Below, piece by piece: positions 1 through 7,465 of a stretch of 32,000 nucleotides of DNA. Source of the DNA: Candidatus Harpocratesius repetitus (GTDB taxonomy: Archaea; Asgardarchaeota; Lokiarchaeia; Sigyniarchaeales; Promethearchaeaceae); the NCBI GenBank assembly GCA_021498095.1, contig JAIZWK010000001.1:1470001-1502000 (forward strand), given 5' to 3'. Every line of letters starts with the position of its first letter. Positions within the stretch are counted from its first letter, which is position 1. Below the pieces are notes generated by a model that was not told where the DNA came from, ran no database searches, and saw nothing but the letters and a program-made list of their open reading frames with translations. The position numbers and the translations under genes were made by a program.

Positions 1-377
1 AAGATATTATCGAAATAAGTCGTTTGCTAAATCTGATTTCACAGCACTATACTTCTCAAGCTTGCTTAGCTTCTCGAATTCCTTTTAATCTTCCTATTAC
101 GCCAGAATTATTACAGAGTATAGATAAAAGTGAAGCATTCATCCGCTCCTTACTTCCTAATAAGCATTCATCTTTACGTGTTCGAATTCAGCAATTGTTA
201 CCCACCAAACAACTACTCGCTCGAATCGAAGTGGGCTCAGATTTTTACAAACTTCTTTCAAACGCTGATACCCGCGCAAAAATTGTAAATAAACTGCGTG
301 AATATGGGTTTACTTATGTTACATTGGATTTAGAGGGATTTCATAGTGGTTCAATGCACAAAATGCTAGATGTTTGA
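1..377 (+). CDS. larE: ATP-dependent sacrificial sulfur transferase LarE, C-terminal part (5' end outside window)
   Basis: Frame is open from base 3. ACLASRIPF, RVR, ARIEV and GFTYVTLDLEGFHSGSM match the LarE C-terminus. TGA stop at 375-377. Confidence 0.85.
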   Translation, partial: DIIEISRLLNLISQHYTSQACLASRIPFNLPITPELLQSIDKSEAFIRSLLPNKHSSLRVRIQQLLPTKQLLARIEVGSDFYKLLSNADTRAKIVNKLREYGFTYVTLDLEGFHSGSMHKMLDV

Positions 378-454
378 AATCTGATTTCTAATATCTCTTG
401 TGAAATATTTTAATAAAATTATGGGAAAAAAAGGAAAATCCCCTCATACAGAGG

Positions 455-497
455 CGTCAGATTTTCTCCAAGGTTTATAGAAAATCATCATTCAACG
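455..497 (-). promoter_or_regulatory. SECIS element (eukaryote-like) in the 3' UTR of the 508-807 selenoprotein gene
   Basis: Minus strand reads CGTTG-AAT-GA-T-GATTTTCT-ATAAACCTTGG-AGAAAATC-T-GA-CG: AUGA/GA core, perfect 8-bp helix, apical AAA. Begins about 10 nt after the TAA stop. Confidence 0.85.
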
Positions 498-507
498 GAT
501 TTTTTGT

Positions 508-807
508 TTATGCTTCGACCAGCACTAAGCGTTTAAATGCTGCCCAGCCTGCAATGTCTATTTTTGCTTGAGTCCATAGATGTGCTAAGCGTTTATCCAA
601 ATAAATCGGATACTTAAATTTCTCTACTTTTTTTATTTCAAACGCATTTTTATCTTGAACCATTTCTTCACTGGCTGGTGCTACAACATTAACCACTTCT
701 GTGCCACATCAACCGCGGTAAATTCGTTGAAACACAACCAAAATTGGTTTCTCGAATTCTTTTGCTTGTTCTTCCATGTATGCGGAAGCCTCAGAGCTAA
801 TATGCAT
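508..807 (-). CDS. HesB/IscA-like (CC/Se-motif type) selenoprotein, 99 aa, Sec33 in R-G-U-C-G
   Basis: ATG at 807 is in frame with the 508-696 track ORF through one TGA (709-711): MHISSEASAYMEEQAKEFEKPILVVFQRIYRG-U-CGTEVVNVV...IYLDKRL...KIDIAGWAAFKRLVLVEA. SECIS lies directly downstream. Confidence 0.8.
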
Positions 808-923
808 AAGTGATCATATCACTCAAATTAATGATACATTTTAAGGTTGTGCATTGTAATTGAACGTTCAAGCCGTAAAAAGAATTATAAAAAATAGGAT
901 AGGAATGATGAGATTAAGATTTA

Positions 924-1136
924 TTATTTTTTATTATTCTTCGGATTTTGCGATATTTGGAGTGAGTAGATTAAGTATAATGAAATAGCTGAAGCTGAAA
1001 GTAGAACAAAAATACCAAAATTAAATCCAGCAATACTTTCTTCTTTTTCAAAATTATCTGAATTTGAATTATTAGAAGTATATTTTGAGTCTTTGATAAG
1101 TGAATGAATATTATAAATAAAAATAAAATACTTAAG
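924..1136 (-). pseudogene. Possible remnant of a C-terminal membrane anchor (Loki-CTERM-like)
   Basis: Startless open frame: S/N-rich linker, then IAGF, a hydrophobic stretch (NFGIFVLLSASAISLYLIY) and a KNNKK* tail. Confidence 0.3.
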
Positions 1137-1165
1137 TTAAAAAAGCTGTTTATTTAAAAAGAACA

Positions 1166-1405
1166 TCAGCAAAATTCTGTTGATAAATATCTTTCTCCAG
1201 TGTCTGGAAAGACTGTAACAATATTATATTTCTGTGTTTTATCGAAATTTGATAATTGCGTTTCCAAAATTTCAATAAATTTAAACACACATGCTAAAGC
1301 AGCTCCTGAAGAAATTCCAACAAAGATTCCCTCATTTTTTGCCAGATAACGTGCATATAAAAATGCTTCCTGGTCTGAAATAGTTAGAATATAATCGATT
1401 AATTC
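1166..1405 (-). pseudogene. cysK: Cysteine synthase (CysK-type PLP enzyme) C-terminal remnant
   Basis: ELIDYILTISDQEAFLYARYLAKNEGIFVGISSGAALA...IVTVFPDTGERYLST. The frame is closed upstream by TGA and TAA, with no start and no N-terminal half. Confidence 0.8.
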
Positions 1406-1648
1406 TCAGAAATTGGTTAATTATAAACTTCATGGCTTTAAACATTCCGAATTTGTGTTATTTTCTTACGCTTATATAAAGAAAGAAAATGTGTTGAAGT
1501 TATTATTTTTTAGAGACATTTTCTAAATCTAAATTTACTTTACTTATCAAATAAGTTATATATCTTTTATCTCAATAGAAATTTGAATGCTTTTTTCCAT
1601 TCTGGTAAAGAAAGAAAATAAAAAAAAAGGATATTAAAGTGAAAAAAA

Positions 1649-2137
1649 ATGCCTCAAATGATAGGAATTGAATTAAATAAAGAGTTTAATAATCAAATTG
1701 TTGAAGAATTACGTTCAGGATATATCTATTTGGCAATGAGTGCATGGGCTGAACAACGGGGAATGCATAATTTTGCTGCTTTTATGAAGACTCATGCTGA
1801 AAAAGAAGAATATAAACACGCAATGAAATTTGTAAAATTCATTCAAGATGCTGGTGGTAAAGTAGAATATGGTGCTATTGAAAAAGTACCTTCTGATTGG
1901 GCGGATTTAGAAACAGTTTTGAAAGAAGCAATCAAGCACGAGCAGCATATTACTGCAAGAATAAAGATCTTATGGGATTTAGCAAAAAAAGAGAGTGAAG
2001 TTTACGCTTTTGAAATGTTGGGTTGGTTTTTGGAAGAACAAATGGAAGAAGAGAATCTTTTTGAAGATCTTCTTAGACAATATGAATTAACAGGTAAAAA
2101 AGATGGATACTGGGACCATAGAGTTCATCATCCGTAA
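1649..2137 (+). CDS. ftnA: Non-heme ferritin
   Basis: 162 aa with NQIVEEL..YIYLAMS, EEYKHAMKF, HEQHIT and WFLEEQMEEE ferroxidase-centre pattern. Confidence 0.9.
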   Translation: MPQMIGIELNKEFNNQIVEELRSGYIYLAMSAWAEQRGMHNFAAFMKTHAEKEEYKHAMKFVKFIQDAGGKVEYGAIEKVPSDWADLETVLKEAIKHEQHITARIKILWDLAKKESEVYAFEMLGWFLEEQMEEENLFEDLLRQYELTGKKDGYWDHRVHHP

Positions 2138-2623
2138 TATAAAATCAATTTCGCTTTCTACTATTCATCCGAGATGAAAATTTTTTCACCTAAAATTTAT
2201 TCGAAGTTATTTTGTGCGTAAAATTTTTTACATTTTTTTTGTGAATTCTTATTTTTCCTTTTATTTTTTAATTATCTTAATTATTCCCGGTTTTCTTAGG
2301 ATTAATTTATTAGATTTGATCATCCTTAACTATATTCTATTATTTTTTGATATTCTCTCAAATAATTCCTAATTTTCGTTTATTTTTATATTTTAATTCA
2401 AACAAATAATTCTTAAGGTAATTCTCTTTCTTAGCAATATGATCATTTTTCATTTAATTCCTCAACAATTTCATTAAAATAACACAAAAAAATGAAAAAA
2501 TAAGAAAAAGGATATTTCATCTTTAGTAAAATTAGTAATATAAAAAGAAATTGGATGGGTTTTCTGGATTGTTCAAAAGACTGCTCAAATAATCAGAACT
2601 CAGAAAGAATATGGGGTGGTAAA

Positions 2624-3052
2624 TTAATACCAGAAAGATTTTGAATAACGCTCTTTTTCAATCTTACATTTTATCCAATCTTTAGTACGGTGAATCTCTT
2701 CCAAAGTAGAAGGTGTAATGTAGTACAATATTGGCACAGTATATGCTTGTAAAAGTAATTTATCTGATTTCTCAAAACTCTCTTCAAGTTTTCCTTCCAC
2801 TGCCAGATTCTTTGTTAATTCATTTTCAGCGAGTAATCGAAGATTGTTTCTGCATATTTCTTCTAAATCAGCAATCTGTTCGGATAATTTCTCATACCGT
2901 GAAGGTTCCGATACTTTGGGAAGTTCCTCAATTCGTTCCAAAGCTTTCTGGAAATATTGATGCATGATTAATTCTCGCAATTCCATCACAATATGTTGCA
3001 TTTCTTGTGGATTTTTCCAGATAGGTGGCTTGAAGTTCATTTTATTTCCCAT
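2624..3052 (-). CDS. Hypothetical helical protein
   Basis: 142-aa ATG-started ORF with coding-like composition and no recognised motif. Confidence 0.65.
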   Translation of the reverse strand: MGNKMNFKPPIWKNPQEMQHIVMELRELIMHQYFQKALERIEELPKVSEPSRYEKLSEQIADLEEICRNNLRLLAENELTKNLAVEGKLEESFEKSDKLLLQAYTVPILYYITPSTLEEIHRTKDWIKCKIEKERYSKSFWY

Positions 3053-3209
3053 GTTATTTTTCTTATTTCAAACTAAAAAACTTTCGTAATTCCTCGAAGA
3101 ATTATTCATAAATTTTATTACTTGTAATAAAATTTTTAAGATATTTATTTGTTATTTTTTTAAAGTTATCTATATATATTCTTTATCTCCAAATACAAAC
3201 AAACTCAAA

Positions 3210-3947
3210 ATGCGGAGTGTTTTTCTATTTTTTGGAGAAATCTTTAAATATTTGATTCTTCACTTTTATAATAGGATGAAATCTTCAATTTACAGCAAAG
3301 TAAATCCTAGTAATCCGAAAACGAAATTAAAAACGGTTCTTTGGATAATTATCATTCCTGTAATTGTTATTATTGGCTTAAATTTAGCTTATATTGGTTT
3401 AAATGCATTGTTCACTCCTCCTAAATATCAAAATGTCATTAATATTAATGGTCCAACTGAATATCAATCAGTAGTAACTCAATTTTTAGAAAATAATGGT
3501 CAAGAAGCAGATTGCAATTTTTCACATCTCACACCTGCATTTATTACTGAAGAGTATAATCAACTTAAAGAAAAATACCAACAAGTTGTTCAAGAATATA
3601 ATCTTGAATTTTCTCCTCCATTGAATTTAACACTGATATCATCCAATTACGAATGGACTTTCAGCAATTTCTCATCTGCTCATTTCAATAATAATTTCAC
3701 TCACTATTCTTATGAATTATTCATAAATGCTTCTAAAACTCCATTTTCTCAAGTAGGAACCGGTGCACTTAATGGTTCATGGCAGCTTCATGATTTGATT
3801 ATTGTTAAATTATATTTCCACCAATATTTTACCACCTTATTTGGAAATAGCCATGATTATACCTATAATTTATTTGCCATGATAGATCCTAATGCTAATG
3901 CTTTGATTTATGAAAAAAACATTTTTTCAGAATTTTATCCAATATAG
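3210..3947 (+). CDS. Hypothetical single-pass membrane protein
   Basis: 245 aa. Hydrophobic segment VLWIIIIPVIVIIGLNLAYIGL is followed by an N/S/F-rich, probably extracellular domain. Start uncertain. Confidence 0.7.
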   Translation: MRSVFLFFGEIFKYLILHFYNRMKSSIYSKVNPSNPKTKLKTVLWIIIIPVIVIIGLNLAYIGLNALFTPPKYQNVININGPTEYQSVVTQFLENNGQEADCNFSHLTPAFITEEYNQLKEKYQQVVQEYNLEFSPPLNLTLISSNYEWTFSNFSSAHFNNNFTHYSYELFINASKTPFSQVGTGALNGSWQLHDLIIVKLYFHQYFTTLFGNSHDYTYNLFAMIDPNANALIYEKNIFSEFYPI

Positions 3948-4042
3948 AGATCTTTTTTTCTTCTTTATATTTAACCAAATTTTGTAGATCTCGAAATCTT
4001 ATGTTAGAACTTCTCAGAATCAGTAAAATATAAGTCAAGAAA

Positions 4043-4138
4043 TGGGACGTATGCGATTCGAACGCATGATCAAAGGGTCTGGAGCCCTTCATCTTAGCCA
4101 GTTTTTAGGTAAGCTTCTAGCCACTAGACGAACGTCCC
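4043..4138 (-). tRNA. tRNA-Trp(CCA) with a 23-24 nt insertion (putative intron) in the D-loop
   Basis: Acceptor GGGACGT/ACGTCCC+A; D-stem GTCT/AGAT; anticodon arm AAGGG-CTCCAGA-CCCTT; T-arm ATGCG-TTCGAAT-CGCAT. The D-loop is 31 nt instead of 7-8. Confidence 0.9.
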
Positions 4139-4276
4139 ACGAATATGTATATAAACCCAGAAAACTTCCTAACATTAAAAATCAAGATGGCATTAAATTA
4201 AAGTTTTTTGTGTTTCATACATTTCTTTACTCGAAATAAGCGGAATATATTTATTTATTAGCTCTGAAGTGGATTT

Positions 4277-4495
4277 ATGGCCGAAATTATTATGCGAAGC
4301 ACGGTCACTTGTCCTCACTGTGGAGCAAATGAAACTTATACTCTTTCAGAATCTGTGTGAATTCAACAAATCTTGTGTAAAAATTGTGGAGAATTAATTA
4401 AAGGGCATATAAATCATCATGGATGACCGTGAATCTATTGTACCTTTGGAGATGTTCCTTGAATCGCAATTCAGCGCCAAGTATTGGGTATGTAA
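4277..4495 (+). CDS. GDCCVxC-like metal-binding selenoprotein, 72 aa, four Sec (U28, U50, U52, U62)
   Basis: MAEIIMRSTVTCPHCGANETYTLSESV-U-IQQILCKNCGELIKGHINHHG-U-P-U-IYCTFGDVP-U-IAIQRQVLGM-TAA. TGAs at 4358, 4424, 4430 and 4460 fall at or next to family Cys positions. SECIS at 4601-4652. Confidence 0.85.
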
Positions 4496-4600
4496 ATGAA
4501 TTAATTAAATTCAGTTGAATTCAACTTAAGAAACAGTCTTTTGGTGCAAATAAGTCCATGTTACAGGAATAATGTCATATATAAAAAAATCTTATTTACA

Positions 4601-4652
4601 TCAATGAAAATACTTCATAAATCTTGAGAAAATCAGGAAGAAGTGTTAGAGG
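4601..4652 (+). promoter_or_regulatory. SECIS element with apical mini-helix (type II-like) for the 4277-4495 gene
   Basis: TC-AAT-GA-A-AATACTTC-ATAAA-TCTTGA-GAAAA-TCAGGA-A-GAAGTGTT-A-GA-GG: AUGA/GA core, 8-bp helix with one G-U pair, AAA bulge and 6-bp mini-helix. Confidence 0.85.
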
Positions 4653-4953
4653 AAATGCGCATTTTAAATGTAAACAAGATTAAATAGAACCATGATATGA
4701 AAGTGACAATTTTTTTTATTTTTTGATTATATTGGTAAAATTTTGTTCCAAGTGAAGGAAGTTATATACTAAACTAATTTTTTTTTTTCAAATCGACTTT
4801 TTTTTTGGTGAACTGAATATTAAAATAATTCCCCAATTTCCATGATTTCGTGTGAAAAGGTAGAAAATGCAATATGTTCCCGTTCTTCATGCGAAATTTT
4901 TGATATGGTTAGGCTTATCTTTAAATAAACAGAAGTTCTTTATTGAGTAATAT

Positions 4954-5361
4954 ATGATTAAAGGAATACAAATATCTGATTCAAACGGAATTCCGTTCTA
5001 TACAAAATTTGGCTCTGATCTGGGTAAATTTGAAGGTACTATACTATCTGGATTAATTTCTGCGATAGGTAATATGAGCTATCTATTATTTAACAAGGAT
5101 GTTGCTTCAATTTCATTTGGACAACAAGGAGACCTAAATAATATAATAATCTTATCAAAAGAACTGCGCCAGGCAAAAAAGAAAATTTATTTTGTCTTCT
5201 TTGCTGATGATAATGAAAATATTAGCGAATTACGTATGATAGCTACCACTCTTTTTATTCAGACGAAAGAATTATTAATGCAGAGAACATCTGAAGTGCG
5301 TTATGTTTCAAATCGAATTGATAAAGTTTTAGGAACACAGTTCGCTCAAATAGCTCTTTAA
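4954..5361 (+). CDS. Longin/roadblock-like small protein
   Basis: 135 aa. IQISDSNGIPFY, then ILSGLISAIGNMS, then beta-strand pattern KIYFVFFAD, typical of Asgard longin-like domains. Confidence 0.65.
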   Translation: MIKGIQISDSNGIPFYTKFGSDLGKFEGTILSGLISAIGNMSYLLFNKDVASISFGQQGDLNNIIILSKELRQAKKKIYFVFFADDNENISELRMIATTLFIQTKELLMQRTSEVRYVSNRIDKVLGTQFAQIAL

Positions 5362-5629
5362 AAGTTAATTTCCTAACAGTTCTAAATTTATCCTTAAAAT
5401 AATCCCCAAAATAAATCCCCCAAATCCAAAATTAGAACAAACAAAAACCAAAAGAAAATAAAATAAAAAGCTATAAAAAGCAACATTTCTTTAACCAACA
5501 AACAAAACTATTTTTTATTCAACAATCATAACCCTTTTTTTTCCATTCGATCATCGAACAAAACTTTTTTTTTAATTAACAACCATAACTAGATTTTTAC
5601 TAATCTTTATGGTTGTTACCTATTAATTA

Positions 5630-5848
5630 TTAAATTTTAGCTATTCCTATTTTTGTTAAAATAGAGCGAGTAAAAGCGTATGATTTTGCAATAAATTCTT
5701 CTTTTGCATTATTATCTAGTGCTTTTTTAATCTGCATGTAGAGATTTTTCTTAGATTGAATTACATGGCTTTTTAAATTAGTCTTTTGCAATTTTTGTAT
5801 TAGTTCGATCTGATTTGATTTATCTAAACCACTCTTCATAATTCTCAA
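5630..5848 (-). CDS. Small hypothetical protein
   Basis: 72-aa Lys-rich ORF with no motif; may be a fragment. Confidence 0.4.
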   Translation of the reverse strand: MRIMKSGLDKSNQIELIQKLQKTNLKSHVIQSKKNLYMQIKKALDNNAKEEFIAKSYAFTRSILTKIGIAKI

Positions 5849-6039
5849 GTGAAAACTCTAAAAATGGGTATAAATTGACAGTTATGATCAAGAAAACATA
5901 CTGATCATCTTGATTTTCACTCGCACAAATATTTAGGTGCTTGGTTCTTTGAATTATTTAGCTTTTTTACCTTCTTGTATTTGAATTAAAAAAAGTGGGA
6001 TAATCAAGATATTATAAAATATGATTCGAGGTAAGTGGA

Positions 6040-7077
6040 ATGATAGATAAGCAAAACAATCAAAATAACAACGCAATTCCTTTTGAATCTAAACCACCAA
6101 AAATCTCTTCAAGTGGGAATAATCACAACGTTCACCGAAGTAACGCTGATTTATTTGCAGTTATTATAATAATCATTATATCAGGAAGTGGATTTGTTGC
6201 TGGTTATTTTCAAAATCAATATGGCGAAGAGGTAAAATATTTTAATGATTTAGCAACGAAAGCGGAACAAAACTCAGATCAAATGTATGATTTGATGCAA
6301 TACTGGATAGAACATGACAGAGCGCTTTATGATAGTGCATCTAGGGCATTTGAAGAAGTATACGTTAATTCACTCGAATGGCTCGATCTTCTTAATCCCG
6401 CTTTAAATATTAGCGGTGAACAGATGTACATCATAAATACTACTCATCTTATTCCTATTCAGACGGCTCTATTTCGAGCGATAGGATATTTGAATGATTC
6501 TTTAGTTCATGATCTTTATATGAGTTTTACCTTTTTTGAACCCGGAGAAGATTATTATCTCGCTTCTGAAATTGTGGAAGGATATGATTTTATTATTCCA
6601 TATTCTGATTGGTCAAACAAAAATCTTTATTCTATTGAACCAATGGAACAATTTTTAAACACAACTTTGGTTGATTGTGGATTTCCGCCTGAAACAAATG
6701 TGTTACAGAGGATCTTGAGTGATGCACCAGAATATGTTTTTCGTTTTGAAATAGGCAAACTCCATGATTTGCTATTTGATATATTTTTAAATGAACGTGA
6801 AAAAGCATTTCTATACCGAGATCAATCCATTCTTGCAAAGGATTTATTAAATAAAGTTTCGTTAGGTGTTTCTGTAACCACAGTAGCAATTGTTTTATCA
6901 ACAGCCATGTCAAACCGAATCGAACAAAAGAAATATTTTGCCACTGTGGATCAACTTAGGGCAGATATTTATCATAATGAAGAAGTAATTTCAAGTAAAA
7001 CGGATAGGATTGCTATTCCTGTCTTGATATTGGCAGTGGCAATTTCTTTAACAGGGTTAATCCTTGTATTTTTATAA
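6040..7077 (+). CDS. Hypothetical membrane protein
   Basis: 345 aa. One N-terminal TM (LFAVIIIIIISGSGFV) and two C-terminal hydrophobic segments flank a soluble loop. Confidence 0.75.
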   Translation: MIDKQNNQNNNAIPFESKPPKISSSGNNHNVHRSNADLFAVIIIIIISGSGFVAGYFQNQYGEEVKYFNDLATKAEQNSDQMYDLMQYWIEHDRALYDSASRAFEEVYVNSLEWLDLLNPALNISGEQMYIINTTHLIPIQTALFRAIGYLNDSLVHDLYMSFTFFEPGEDYYLASEIVEGYDFIIPYSDWSNKNLYSIEPMEQFLNTTLVDCGFPPETNVLQRILSDAPEYVFRFEIGKLHDLLFDIFLNEREKAFLYRDQSILAKDLLNKVSLGVSVTTVAIVLSTAMSNRIEQKKYFATVDQLRADIYHNEEVISSKTDRIAIPVLILAVAISLTGLILVFL

Positions 7078-7148
7078 AATAATTGTCTATCTATGATTTT
7101 AATAATTACAAATCTTTTTTTATTTCTGCTTCTTTTTTAATGTAATTT

Positions 7149-7406
7149 ATGGCGAAAATTTCGTTAAAAATTTGCTGTGGAATGAATTGTTTGGCACATG
7201 GGGGACAAGAACTTCTTGACTTAGTGGAAGATTCTCCTACGTACACAGCATATGTTGAATTAGCATGTGTTGAATGTTTAAATACATGTGGAGATCGCGG
7301 CTATAATTCACCAGTTGTGGAATTAAATGGTAAAATCTACTCAAATATGACTGCTGAAAAATTAATGGAGCTGCTTGATCAATTGATCCAAACTAATAAT
7401 AATTAA
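7149..7406 (+). CDS. NuoE-like thioredoxin-fold [2Fe-2S] protein
   Basis: ICCGMNC...CVECLNTC...PVVELNG..YSNMT pattern; directly upstream of the [FeFe]-hydrogenase. Confidence 0.8.
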   Translation: MAKISLKICCGMNCLAHGGQELLDLVEDSPTYTAYVELACVECLNTCGDRGYNSPVVELNGKIYSNMTAEKLMELLDQLIQTNNN

Positions 7407-7465
7407 ATAATTGATTCAAAATCGATTATATTGTTAAAATTTAACTCTATCGGAGCTGCTTTCCT

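Noticed and set aside
3895-4239. Track ORFs 3895-4092 (-) and 4042-4239 (+)
   Set aside because: They overlap the tRNA-Trp gene and have no protein motifs.
4277-4495. The four-TGA frame as a decayed pseudogene
   Set aside because: All four interruptions are TGA, none TAA or TAG. There are no frameshifts, they fall at or next to Cys positions, and a SECIS follows.
4496-4520. ATGAATTAATTAAATTCA as a second SECIS for the four-Sec gene
   Set aside because: It forms only a short AT hairpin with no 3' GA partner or AYAAA apex.
5395-5600. Strongly A/C-skewed low-complexity tract
   Set aside because: No regular repeat unit or stable structure is visible; the minus-strand hydrophobic frame is short and startless.
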